Shown here: positions 10,201-19,900 of the stretch, piece by piece
Layout: every line of letters begins with the position of its first letter
How positions within the stretch are numbered: the stretch's first letter is position 1
NCBI GenBank assembly: GCA_965221105.1
Contig: OZ244871.1
Location: 767,673-831,672, forward strand
Direction of reading: 5' to 3'
Source: Pseudomonadales bacterium
Lineage (GTDB): Bacteria > Pseudomonadota > Gammaproteobacteria > Pseudomonadales > GM7GCV1
DNA length: 64,000 bases
The notes under the pieces: generated by a model
Database searches by the model: none
What the model was told of the DNA's origin: nothing
Seen by the model: the letters and a program-made list of their open reading frames with translations, nothing else
Program-made: the position numbers and the translations under genes

Positions 10201-10363
10201 GGAGCAACGAGAACAAGACCTGCTTGCGTTGCAGCTCCGGCTTGAGCAACTCCAACAAGAGCGAGAAACAGAGCCAAAACGCCAGCGAAATCTATATAAA
10301 GTAGCCGATCAAAGAATGTACCCGGTTGCTCTGGAAGTGATACTTCCCAAGGAGGGCAACTGA
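7295..10363 (+). CDS. drmD: DISARM DrmD, SNF2-family helicase
   Basis: SNF2 motifs are present: LLADDVGLGKTIEAG, LILDEAHNA, LATDAASEGADFQ and EIPWNPIRLEQRNGRVDRHGQ. The assignment to DrmD comes from the adjacent drmMI and the drmA/B/C genes. Confidence 0.8.
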   Translation: MQNSGAAPEQGQIVKLRHKIWAVTAVNKTSVQAGSAIHRVALECLSDDALGDDIQVIWEREITPHLIDSTSLPDVTAYDEPQLFDAFIRSLQWGASSLAVGDMLQAPFRGGVQMEEYQLAPVIRATNMPRVRLLLADDVGLGKTIEAGLVTQELIHSHRASRALVICPAHLKLKWVDEMAEKFGLEFKIIDRDSVLKMRKEYGPSINPWASFPRLITSIDYLKTEHPRRLFDEYTRRRREESPNNRPWDLLILDEAHNAAPSGKKQYIRDSERTSLLRSISEQFEHKMFLTATPHNGYRESFTGLLEILDNLRFSRGTDLDKAQLSAVTVRRLKQDISNPDGTPRFPKRVILPRDEISDPQLYVKLNGDEQQLFDLLKAYTESRLSSVDKRSERPLQFILTLLKKRALSSPLALRESLIVHTQNAGVKDELGIGESLFNSFEQKEAEDWSDDEEKEDNLEAATSTASKLISDLTDEEKRFLQEMYEIVDKQVSHFSIQEDSKATALVSWIDNNLRVDDEWNGERVIIFTEYKHTLNYLERVLEKHGYLDATRTIVGGMKDGDRQRINDEFQAPNSETGVRILLATDAASEGADFQKYCRNLIHYEIPWNPIRLEQRNGRVDRHGQKADEVRIHHFVYNNQEDSEFLKHIVDKVETIRNDIGSVGALIAENVRRKALGQSVNLAAIDDDARRKMAQEEMTIEARENEGVAQMVEALSKARSALDISDSNQLQLLDQALRLEGCSDAIKQLGDDEFILFQVPIAWTECKTYLSSDYLQKRLSFNRTKARDDDAIGIVHLDHPLMRRAISTFRIQMWGTQSSRQHLSRVTITESDTVSSPAVIAWGRLVLLGPEHNRLHEGLVRCQLLIRDNELVEQEILRPEDATPFTGDIANIQELIHPQLEAVTEKLSTTADAQASVLIDTLKERGELARKHAQSLATERITAIRNAIKEWQKRSADLQMQFAFDDEEQEQREQDLLALQLRLEQLQQERETEPKRQRNLYKVADQRMYPVALEVILPKEGN

Positions 10364-13300
10364 TGGCCACCAATAAACGTGTCGCCAAGCGGCAACATCG
10401 CTGGCTATCCAGTGTAGAAATTACCGGTGTTGTTTTGAGTGAACCGGTACTGGCAGATGCGGGGAATTTCAGATCCCTAGACAAAGCTGAGCTGGCCAAC
10501 TTCCGAAAGCAACGGGAAATCTGGAACCTGCCTAAGGGCATGGTTGAGGGCGATGGGCAACCTGCGTGGATAAATTTCATCCTCGAAGATTTTCTGGGGA
10601 TCAAGGACACTGAATACTGGCAAGTTGGCGCGTCCATTCCGTCCAACATGGTGGTAGCCCTTCCTGAGCAGCAAGAAACGCTTCGCCCTAGTCGGATCCT
10701 GCTAGACGAAGGGCAGCCCATCATGTTGTTGCTTGAAGTGCCACGTGAGCAATCACTCGACAAGTCATGGTTACAGGGCAAAGGGCGCTGGAAGGCGTCG
10801 CCAACCACCAAGTTTGACCGGTTACTTCGCGAAACAGGCATAGAACTCGGTTTGCTAACCAATGGTGAGGCATGGCGTCTCGTTGTCGCTTCTCCATCTG
10901 AAACCACCTCCTGGATGACCTGGACCGCTCAAACCTGGAATGATGATCCGCTCACCCTGGCCGCCTTTAAAGACCTGTTCGGTGAATCACGATTTTTTGC
11001 CGGGCCTCGCGATCAGGTTGTACTGGAACTTATCAAGCAAAGCCGCCAGCGACAGCTGGATGTGGCCGACCAGCTCGGTAATCAGGTTCGTGAAGCGCTG
11101 CAGATTCTAGTTCACGAGCTGGACAGAGTAGATGCCGAACTGGGTGGAACCTTCCTACAAGGTTACGGTGAAGCTGAAATATTTGAATCCAGCGTAGCCT
11201 TCATCATGCGCCTGCTGTTCACGCTCTACGCTGAAGAAAATGGTCTGCTGCCCCATGGCAACGTTAACTATGACAGGGCCTACGGCGTCCTCCATCTGCT
11301 GACAGAACTGGAAGAGACAAAGCGGCTCGCCCCGGAGAAGCTCAAACATTCTTTTGCCGCCTACGCCCGGCTGCTGGCCAGTTCCCGCTTGCTGCATGAC
11401 GGCAGCATAGATCCTGATATTCGTATCGCCGCCCACGGTGGCCAGTTGTTTGACCCCAATCGCTACCCCCTGCTGGATGGCCGAACCAAAGAAGGCGCCT
11501 GGCCCACAGAGATTCCCGAGCCGCCAAAGATCCGAGACGCGGCTATACGCGATATTTTAAGAAGCCTGAAATATGCCAGGGCTGATGGAGTGCGCCAGCT
11601 GGTGAGCTATCGCACGCTTGCTGTGGAACAGATTGGCCACATGTATGAAGGGCTGCTGGATCGCCGGGTTGCCCGGGCCCCTACTAATAGAACCCTGCTG
11701 CTATTGCAGGGGGGCAGCAAGATTAAGGAACCAGAACCCGTCGACGCAACAGTGTTTGCCGGTTTGGACCAGGCGGCACTAATCAAGACCATTACCAAGC
11801 ACACCAGTAAAACCGCCGGCACCATTAAAAAAGTCCTGGAACGCGACGAAGAACGCCATACTCTGGCAAACCTAGGTACTGATGACGCCGAACTGCTGGA
11901 GCAGGCTAAACCGGCCATTCGTTTTGTGAAGGATCTGGGCATAGTTAGGCCAAGCGGGCTCTATGTTTGCCAAGGGCAGGACCGCCGCTCCAGCGGTGCA
12001 CACTACACACCGCCCACCCTGACCGAGCCGGTCGTGCGCCGCACCCTTGAGTACCAGGTGTATGTGAATGTGGAAGGCAAGCCAGGCCTGCTCCAGGAAC
12101 CCAGGTTAGTCAAAACTCCACAAGAAATACTCAGCCTCAAGGTCTGTGACCCAGCGATGGGGTCAGGTGCCTTTCTCGTCCAGGCTACGCGTTATCTGGC
12201 AGAACGACTAGTAGATGCATGGGAACGCACGGCCGCAGAGCAGCAAGATACCATTCTAACGATGCCCTTTGCGACACCGTCACAGGGTGAAGCCACCGAA
12301 AATTTGATGCCGGAATCCCGCGAGGAGCGCATCGTCTTTGCACGCCGATACGTGGCCGAGCGCTGTATCTACGGGGTGGACATAAACCGGCTGGCCGTGG
12401 AGATGGCAAAATTATCACTGTGGTTAACCACTCTCTCCACCGACCGTCCGTTCACCTTTGTGGATCACGCACTAAAACACGGCAACTCGTTGATTGGACT
12501 ATCACCGGAGCAAATCCGCAACTTCACTTGGAAACCCATCACCAATGATTTTGGGCCGCTTTTTGCAAACGCTGAAGAACACGGGGTTGAAGAGGCCGAG
12601 CAACACCGGGAAGCCATTCACGCAATTCCTGACCACGATTTTATCCGTAAAGAAAAAGAGAACCGCATTGCAGAAGAGGCATTGTCCAGCCTGCGACTAA
12701 AAGCCATCTTAGCTGTAGCCGCATTTTTTAATGGATCTAATAACAAGCAGCGCGAAACTAATCTAATTAGTTATCGCTATTGGCTGGAGCAGCTCGACAA
12801 TGACGAAAAGGCGGTTACTGAAGTCGAGAAAGTATCGAGAGGTTTAACTACGGGCGAGCCTCCGATAATGCCTTTTTGTTGGGTAATTGAGTTCCCGGAA
12901 GTATTCCATCGAGATAACGGCGGATTTGATGCGCTAATAGGTAATCCTCCTTTCTTAGGAGGCAAGAAAATCAGCACGAATTTAGGAAAAGGAGTGGCAG
13001 ATTATCTCGATAGATTCAAAGATGGTAAAAAGGGCGCCTGCGATCTTATTACCTATTTTCTATTACGATGCGCCTTCGATTTGCTTGCTGACACTAAGGT
13101 TTCAAGCATCGGCCTCATTACTACCAATACGATTTCACAAGGAGATACTCGCGAACTTGGATTGCTAAGGATATTGCGATCTGGTTTTACCATTTACCAT
13201 GCTACGCCCTCATTAGCCTGGCCTGGAAAGGCTAATGTAATAGTTTCAATCCTACATGTAAAAAGGAAACCTTGGCATGGAGAACGGACCCTGGGACACG

Positions 13301-14292
13301 AAAAATGCGAGTTAATATCGTCTTATTTGGACTCAATCCCCTGCAATGAAACCCCAGCGCCCATAAGCAAGAATGCTGGATTATGCGGAACTGGAGTATA
13401 TGTATATGGCAAGGGTTTTGTTCTATCAAATGAGATGGCTGATGAACTTCTCAATGACCCCATGAGCCGAGAAGTAGTGAAACCCTATCTGGTAGGCGAC
13501 GATATAAACAATACAAAGGGATCTTCTCCTAGCAGATATTGCATCGATTTTGGAAACAATGATATTGAGCAAGCAAGACAGTTTCAAAAAGCTTTTGACC
13601 ACGTAACAAAAACAGTCAAGCCTGAGCGTGACAAACTAACAGGTCAAATACACGAGAAACGATATTGGATACACTGGGATCGCCGCGAAGAGTTCTTTAA
13701 TGAATTAAAGGGAAAAGAGTTTTATTTCGGTAGGTCACGCGTCAGCAATCTCCATCTTATTGAAAAGATACAGCATGAGTGGCTTCCCTCAGACGCTGTG
13801 GTGATATTCGCAACTGACAAATACTCTGTGTTTGGAGTTCTGCAATCAATCTTTCACCAAGTGTGGGCTGAAAGATTTTCCACAACAATGAAGAACGACC
13901 TAAGGTATTCCATTAGTGATTCATTTGACAATTTCCCTTTCCCAAGCAGCAATTCGCTTGAATCCATTGAAGGTCCCGCCAAGGCTTTTTATTCGGAAAG
14001 AAAGCAGGTGCTAGATAGCCAAAGCTTGTCCCTTCGCGAATTACAAAAAATGGTCGACAATGAAGAGTGTTCAGATTCCTTTATTCTGGGATTCCGAAAT
14101 TCAATTGTAAGTCTCAACAAGCACATAGCAAGAGCATACGGTTTCGAAGACATAGATCTTGAATTCAGTTTCAGGAATGCCATATGGCTACCACATAATC
14201 CACACTGCTTCACTATTAGCATGCCGACGAGAGATAAAATCATAGAGAGGTTGCTAGAGCGGCATTCAAGACAAACTCAAACATCATCTTAA
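10363..14292 (+). CDS. drmMI: DISARM DrmMI, large N6-adenine DNA methyltransferase (Eco57I/PglX-like)
   Basis: Motif I is VCDPAMGSGAFLV and motif IV is LIGNPPFLGGKK. The protein is 1,309 aa, and its ATG overlaps the drmD stop codon by 1 nt. Confidence 0.8.
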   Translation: MATNKRVAKRQHRWLSSVEITGVVLSEPVLADAGNFRSLDKAELANFRKQREIWNLPKGMVEGDGQPAWINFILEDFLGIKDTEYWQVGASIPSNMVVALPEQQETLRPSRILLDEGQPIMLLLEVPREQSLDKSWLQGKGRWKASPTTKFDRLLRETGIELGLLTNGEAWRLVVASPSETTSWMTWTAQTWNDDPLTLAAFKDLFGESRFFAGPRDQVVLELIKQSRQRQLDVADQLGNQVREALQILVHELDRVDAELGGTFLQGYGEAEIFESSVAFIMRLLFTLYAEENGLLPHGNVNYDRAYGVLHLLTELEETKRLAPEKLKHSFAAYARLLASSRLLHDGSIDPDIRIAAHGGQLFDPNRYPLLDGRTKEGAWPTEIPEPPKIRDAAIRDILRSLKYARADGVRQLVSYRTLAVEQIGHMYEGLLDRRVARAPTNRTLLLLQGGSKIKEPEPVDATVFAGLDQAALIKTITKHTSKTAGTIKKVLERDEERHTLANLGTDDAELLEQAKPAIRFVKDLGIVRPSGLYVCQGQDRRSSGAHYTPPTLTEPVVRRTLEYQVYVNVEGKPGLLQEPRLVKTPQEILSLKVCDPAMGSGAFLVQATRYLAERLVDAWERTAAEQQDTILTMPFATPSQGEATENLMPESREERIVFARRYVAERCIYGVDINRLAVEMAKLSLWLTTLSTDRPFTFVDHALKHGNSLIGLSPEQIRNFTWKPITNDFGPLFANAEEHGVEEAEQHREAIHAIPDHDFIRKEKENRIAEEALSSLRLKAILAVAAFFNGSNNKQRETNLISYRYWLEQLDNDEKAVTEVEKVSRGLTTGEPPIMPFCWVIEFPEVFHRDNGGFDALIGNPPFLGGKKISTNLGKGVADYLDRFKDGKKGACDLITYFLLRCAFDLLADTKVSSIGLITTNTISQGDTRELGLLRILRSGFTIYHATPSLAWPGKANVIVSILHVKRKPWHGERTLGHEKCELISSYLDSIPCNETPAPISKNAGLCGTGVYVYGKGFVLSNEMADELLNDPMSREVVKPYLVGDDINNTKGSSPSRYCIDFGNNDIEQARQFQKAFDHVTKTVKPERDKLTGQIHEKRYWIHWDRREEFFNELKGKEFYFGRSRVSNLHLIEKIQHEWLPSDAVVIFATDKYSVFGVLQSIFHQVWAERFSTTMKNDLRYSISDSFDNFPFPSSNSLESIEGPAKAFYSERKQVLDSQSLSLRELQKMVDNEECSDSFILGFRNSIVSLNKHIARAYGFEDIDLEFSFRNAIWLPHNPHCFTISMPTRDKIIERLLERHSRQTQTSS

Positions 14293-15111
14293 TCAATACT
14301 CAACAAGAACTGCTTTATACTTCAACAGATCAAAATGCTGGGCAATCCGTTCACTGGGTTGCCCTTGCATCCTTACGCCCATTTCCATGTTGCGATCCAG
14401 CGCATACATAGTCAGGTTGGCCGAGGTCACCAATGCATCGTGACGATCGGCCACCAGCACTTTGGCGTGCAGTTTCAGGTGCTTTTCATCGGCGGGAATT
14501 TTCCAGGTTAGCAGCTGCGGCAATGGCGCAGTCTTGGGCCAAAGCGATACCAGGGTATCTCGATTGTTTTTTCCGTAACCCTTTTCGCCTTCGTCCAACA
14601 CCATCGTCACCTTAACGCCCCGCGTTACTGCATCTGCAATTAACTCGATGATGTCATTAATAATGCCCTCATGGTCTTCCTTACCCGCCAACCAGTAGCC
14701 CACCACCAAGAGTTCGGATTGGGCCGCAGCTATGATGTCCTGCACCACTTGGCGGGTGGCCCGCAAATAGGAGCCTTCGACCTTGGGCCCGCTCCAGACG
14801 ACTTCAGTTGGTGTTGCCTCGCTCGCTGTGAGTACTACAACTTCCTTTAAGGCGGCCAGTTGAAGAGCAAATAGTGTATTACTCTGTGAATCAAACTGCT
14901 CGCTCCAAATCCGAAGCAGGCGCGTTAGTGCGGCCTGCACGCCAGTTCGTCCTGCCGCCAACTTCGAAATGCTAGCCGAGCCAGATTGCGCGGTAAGTAA
15001 ACCAGACTCAATGGCAGAAATAACTTCACCAAAAGCGCCAGCATTGATCAACTGCCGAACACTCTGTGCCAACGCCATTGCGGCGCTATCAATTGAATCC
15101 GGCATGGCCAT
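14293..15111 (-). CDS. drmC: DISARM DrmC, phospholipase-D-family (HxK) nuclease-like protein
   Basis: A single HKD-type motif is present (HLKLHAKVLVADRHDALVTSANLT). The protein is about 270 aa and lies directly downstream of drmB. Confidence 0.8.
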   Translation of the reverse strand: MAMPDSIDSAAMALAQSVRQLINAGAFGEVISAIESGLLTAQSGSASISKLAAGRTGVQAALTRLLRIWSEQFDSQSNTLFALQLAALKEVVVLTASEATPTEVVWSGPKVEGSYLRATRQVVQDIIAAAQSELLVVGYWLAGKEDHEGIINDIIELIADAVTRGVKVTMVLDEGEKGYGKNNRDTLVSLWPKTAPLPQLLTWKIPADEKHLKLHAKVLVADRHDALVTSANLTMYALDRNMEMGVRMQGQPSERIAQHFDLLKYKAVLVEY

Positions 15112-15114
15112 CTC

Positions 15115-16914
15115 CTAATTGAAATAAGCCATATCGCTGTATGCCATAGTGGGTACCAGGAAGTTCCTGTCCAGGAATCGGTTAAAGGCTTCGCAGGAAG
15201 TTTCTGGCGCCAGCACACAGGCATGGCAGGCCGCACCGTTGATGGTGGCATGCACATCGGGCTGGTGATCGGCACAAAGGGGATCCGATGAGCAGCGCTT
15301 GGCGTTCTGAAGGGCGCCGTGGATTAAGTTGGGGAAACGTTCTTTTGTGCCTAGATCGACTAGACCGCCCAGACTGCCCTCCGAGTCGGCACTAGCGGTG
15401 TATAACAAGATACCTGCCATTTTGCGTTCGGGGTCAGTACTGCTGTAGATACGCTCACGCACTGAAGATTCCGAATAGCCGCAATCCAGAGCAAGCTGAC
15501 GCATCAGCACATGAGCCAGGCTATGCAGCAATACATAACGAGCACCTGGGAAATCATCGGCATCAACACCGCGCTCAGTTGCCCATTCTCTATATTTTTG
15601 CTCTATGGCTGCGGCCCATTTTTTAACTGCAGTCTCCGCCTCCCAGTTAGTCAGTGCTTCATCCTTCAACTCGATGAAAATGCCCTCACCACGTACTTCC
15701 ACCGCTGGCAGCCAGTCCTGGCGCTCTTTGTAAATTGGTGCACGTGAGGCACCCATGCCATCGTCGTCCATACCAGATGCGTAGTCGATACGGGTGAAGC
15801 TTGTAAGCGCCCTAACTTCCAACAATTTTCTGGCCAATACAATGCGCTCGATTTTGTCAGTTAAAAAATCCGGGACTTCACCAGCCTCCAGGAAGAAATC
15901 GGACTGGTCGCCCTGGTTGCTCCCCTCAATATCCCGAAAGGCATGCCATTCCGGTAGGCGCAAGTCGATTTCGTCTGTCTCAATTTCTCCCCGTTCTTTG
16001 AGCAGGGTCTGCCAGATATCTTCGGCCTTGAATTCAGCCAAGGCGGGAAACATTTCCATATCAAGCAGGGTTTGCAGCTTGGTCAGAGAATCGATTTTTT
16101 CAACCTGATGCTGTGGGCACTTCTTAAGTGCTTGACCGACAGGACTGGCCGCCTCTTTTATTGACAAGGCACTGCGAACCAGCGGAAACCATCCGTTTGT
16201 GGCTCCGCGTTGAATCGCCCGCACTTGACCAGCATGGCTACATTCGTGGGGGTCTTTATTTTTTATGCCCAGCCATGGTCTCTTGCGCGTACATTCTCCC
16301 AGCGCCAGGCTGCGGTTTTCGCCAAATGCATCGCTCACACTGCGTTTGGCATCGCAAGCACAATAGATCCAGATATCGGACACAGAACCAGTATTGCCAG
16401 AATAGACCAGGCGCATACGTTTTTTACAGCTTGTATCGGCATCCCTGTGGACGTAGGCTCGCCAAGGGAAATCATCGATATGACCACTTGGACAGGCCAC
16501 CACAAAAGGCGCAGGAACTGTGGGAGCCCGGAATCTGCCGCGCCCCTTACAATTGGGCGCTTTGCACTCCATTTCTTGTGATTTCTCGTTGTATTCAACC
16601 AGGCCTTCGCCCGGTTCAGACAGAGTGGCGCACTCTGGATGGGTGCAGACCTGATAACGTGGAAACAAAAAGGTCGGTACAGTACCGCGTTTGGTAAAAA
16701 AACTTCCACTGGCGGGCTCGGCGGAGAAGAACCGCTTTACCTTCAGTGCTCGCTGGAGACGTGGCTCGTGAATGACTTGGTCTTCATCAAGCCGCCAGCC
16801 ATCAATGCCTGCGACAATGACCGATAAAGTCTGCAGATCAACTATAGAACCTGGGCCAAAGGTTGTGATCACCTGGCTTGGACGAACGTCGCCGATTGCT
16901 CTTTTACTCGACAT
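15115..16914 (-). CDS. drmB: DISARM DrmB, DUF1998-type protein
   Basis: The N-terminus reads RPSQVITTFGPGSIVDL. There are Cys-rich clusters and a C-terminal CHACVLAPETSCEAFNRFLDR that is typical of DUF1998. I prefer the ATG at 16914 because a GAGGAG sits 7 nt upstream. The ORF could also start at the GTG at 16923. Confidence 0.8.
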   Translation of the reverse strand: MSSKRAIGDVRPSQVITTFGPGSIVDLQTLSVIVAGIDGWRLDEDQVIHEPRLQRALKVKRFFSAEPASGSFFTKRGTVPTFLFPRYQVCTHPECATLSEPGEGLVEYNEKSQEMECKAPNCKGRGRFRAPTVPAPFVVACPSGHIDDFPWRAYVHRDADTSCKKRMRLVYSGNTGSVSDIWIYCACDAKRSVSDAFGENRSLALGECTRKRPWLGIKNKDPHECSHAGQVRAIQRGATNGWFPLVRSALSIKEAASPVGQALKKCPQHQVEKIDSLTKLQTLLDMEMFPALAEFKAEDIWQTLLKERGEIETDEIDLRLPEWHAFRDIEGSNQGDQSDFFLEAGEVPDFLTDKIERIVLARKLLEVRALTSFTRIDYASGMDDDGMGASRAPIYKERQDWLPAVEVRGEGIFIELKDEALTNWEAETAVKKWAAAIEQKYREWATERGVDADDFPGARYVLLHSLAHVLMRQLALDCGYSESSVRERIYSSTDPERKMAGILLYTASADSEGSLGGLVDLGTKERFPNLIHGALQNAKRCSSDPLCADHQPDVHATINGAACHACVLAPETSCEAFNRFLDRNFLVPTMAYSDMAYFN

Positions 16915-16919
16915 CCCTG

Positions 16920-19900
16920 TCACTCCTCGTCACTCAAATAAAAAGCCGCCGTTGGCTCGACTTCGCGCAATGAGCCCGGCGTTGACCACTGGCCTTCATT
17001 GTCGGTACCCGAGGTCTTTAACAAAACACGCGCGTTGTTTGGGGGACGCTCCCCACTCTTTAGCCAGGAATATCGTAATAAATCGTCAGCATAATGTGCC
17101 CAGTCGTCACGGCTCGACATGAGTCGTTCTTTAACCAATTGAGCGTTTTTCTTACCCACCAGATCCGCTGCACGCAAGGTGATATCTGTGATCATTAAAT
17201 CCGTGCCGGGAGATGCCGGGTCGAAATTCTGGGCCTGAACTTCACGAGCCATGTTTTGCGCGCCCAGCCGCTGTAATGCCGCAAAGGCACCTCGCAAGCC
17301 CCTGTCCAAAGCCCGCGAAGAGAAAGGTGTCACACTGATAGCTTCAACATAACGGTAAAGCGCCGCATGGTAAGCCCGAAAATGTTCGTAATGGGAAAGG
17401 TCCCTTGCACCCAGCCAGTTGTACATGGTGATGACCAGGCCGGGATGTTTACGGCCAACTCGACTGGTTGCCTGAATATACTCGGCAGTGCTTTTCGGTT
17501 GACCTGTGACAACCATCAACCCGAGCCTGTCGATATCTACACCTACCGAAATCATGTTGGTTGCCAACAGGACATCGACAGGGTACTGCTTGTCCTTTTC
17601 TCGAGGAAACTTATTATCCAACCGTTTCAATAGACCAGGAATCCGCCAGGAATCGAGGCGACTGGTGAGTTCATCTGGATCATTGATATAGCGCTGCGGG
17701 AATCCTCGCTGTTGCGCCAGATAGCGTAGGCGCTTTTTAATGTCGTCCTCGACCAGCCTGCGTGCGCCACCGAGCGCACGTAGACTGTTGAAGTAACCCA
17801 CCACCGTTGCATACGGATCCGCGGCTTCAGGATCTCGGCTGATTTCTGCCTCCCCCGCCGCAAGTAGTGCCGCATAGACACGAACCAGCAGGGTTTTTGT
17901 ACTAGAGCCCGGTGCATTTAAGCCCACATACAGACGCCCAGCCATTTTATCGTCGTCCAACTTGATCTCTTGCTCTTTGGCAAAGAAAGAATCTTTGGAG
18001 GAAAGGCCGCTGGGCGGGAAGATGGCCAGGTCGCGGTTGTAAAGCTGCCGAATTTGTTCGTGAGCTCGCCGTATGGTCGCAGTAGACGCAATAATCTTGG
18101 CCGGTATTGTGACTCCGGTTTCGTCTTCAACCCGACTAAGGAAATCGACGGCCGTCTCATATAACCCGACCATGGTGCCTAAGGGGCCGGAGATTAGATG
18201 GAGTTCATCCTGAATAATCAGTTCTGGGGGAACTAGACGGCGCGCTGGTTGATCATCTCTTACAACCCGCTGATTCGGTTTCTCACCATGGCCAGGAGTT
18301 AGATGGCCGTAGGTGGGGCTGTAGCGATTCCGCAAGCCAAAGAGCGCTTGGGTTTCACCCTTGAAAGGCATGCGGGCGAATTTGTCGACCGTGGCTATGA
18401 CCAAAGAGGGGCATTCGCGATAGATTTCATCATCCACGACCACGACGGGTAAGCCTTGGTCGTTAGACTTGCGGGCGCAAAACTCACATTTTGGATTTGG
18501 ACAGCGAACGAGTGTCCTCAGTCTTGCATTGTCGAAGTCATAAGTTTGATTTTCTGGTTTGCCTTGTGGGGTCACTAGGGATGTACCGCAACGCGGGCAT
18601 GATACCAATTGAACAGGGCTGCCCTCCCTGGGTTTCTTACCTTCGTCGAGATCTTCAAGCGCTTTTTGCGATGACTTCGCATCATTTGGTGTGGTCGCCT
18701 TACCCACCCACAAACCAATCTTGAAGGGTTCATCACCCCACTTTTCGGTATTGGATTGGCGTACCAATTCGCATGCACAAATGAGGGCGGTGGCACGCTG
18801 GAACTGCTGAACCGTCAGCAGTCGCAATGTATAGCGCATGATAATGGCAACACCTGCGCTGGAATCGAGACCATTTACATCGCCCCGCAGTCGGCGATAT
18901 GCCAGAGTGAATGCAGCCAAACCAAGGTAGGCTTCTGTTTTTCCGCCACCCGTGGGAAACCAGAGCAAGTCGACTAACTTGCGATCCGCAGCTACTTTCT
19001 CACCTGGCTCCGGCTTTTTGACCATACTGGCAATGTTTAGCAGGATGAAACCCATCTGAAATGGTCGCCAAGTGCGATTGTGTTGCTCATCAAAATCCGC
19101 CGGATTACCAACAATTTCTCCGCTATCCCGATTGCGACCAGCCCATATGACGTGTATGCGTTGATCCCACATCACATGATTGGCAAACAGGAAAGCCTCG
19201 AATGCTTTAGGCTCATTTCTGATGAGTTCCAAACCAGCGCGCATTCTGCGTGCAGCATCAGCACATGACTCGATTAAAACTCTTGCCGTGTCTTGGTTTT
19301 CTGGAGTGGAGACAAATGGTTCACCTTTTGCTTCTTGCTTCCTGTCTTCAACCCATTGCTCGTAGGACAAAATCAATGGTTCGATAGCACTGAATAAGTC
19401 GCTTGGTGTTGAGAACTTGCTCAGCTCGCGCATGTCCAGGTTCAAGCCTGGTATGTCACCACTTTGTGCAATTAAGCTTGGCACCTCAAAGTTAGGGATA
19501 AAGTCAGTAAATAAGATGCTGGCTCTATCACGTTCTGCATTGAGTCCATCCCAGCCGGCAGCCACACCGTGGCCCGTCGCAAATTCTTTAGCATCCCGAT
19601 AGAGGATGTTCGCTGTAGCGATCTCAGGGTCTTTGGAAAGGTCCTTATCAAAATCCTTGGCGATAAATATTGGAGCCGTATCAGACGAGAACACCTCCAA
19701 TCTTGGCTGCAAGAGCCATTGCTGATCTTTTGCTCTGTCGGAATCTTCACCTTTGGGACGCCTATTGACCAAGAACAGACTGATCGCTTTTGCTCCATCG
19801 ATGTGATGAACAACACCCTCCAAGAACACCTGGGCATCACCATCGCCATCTTCTCCGGGTCTGCGAAAGCCATCAGGAGTTATTGCGATACTTGCTGGCG

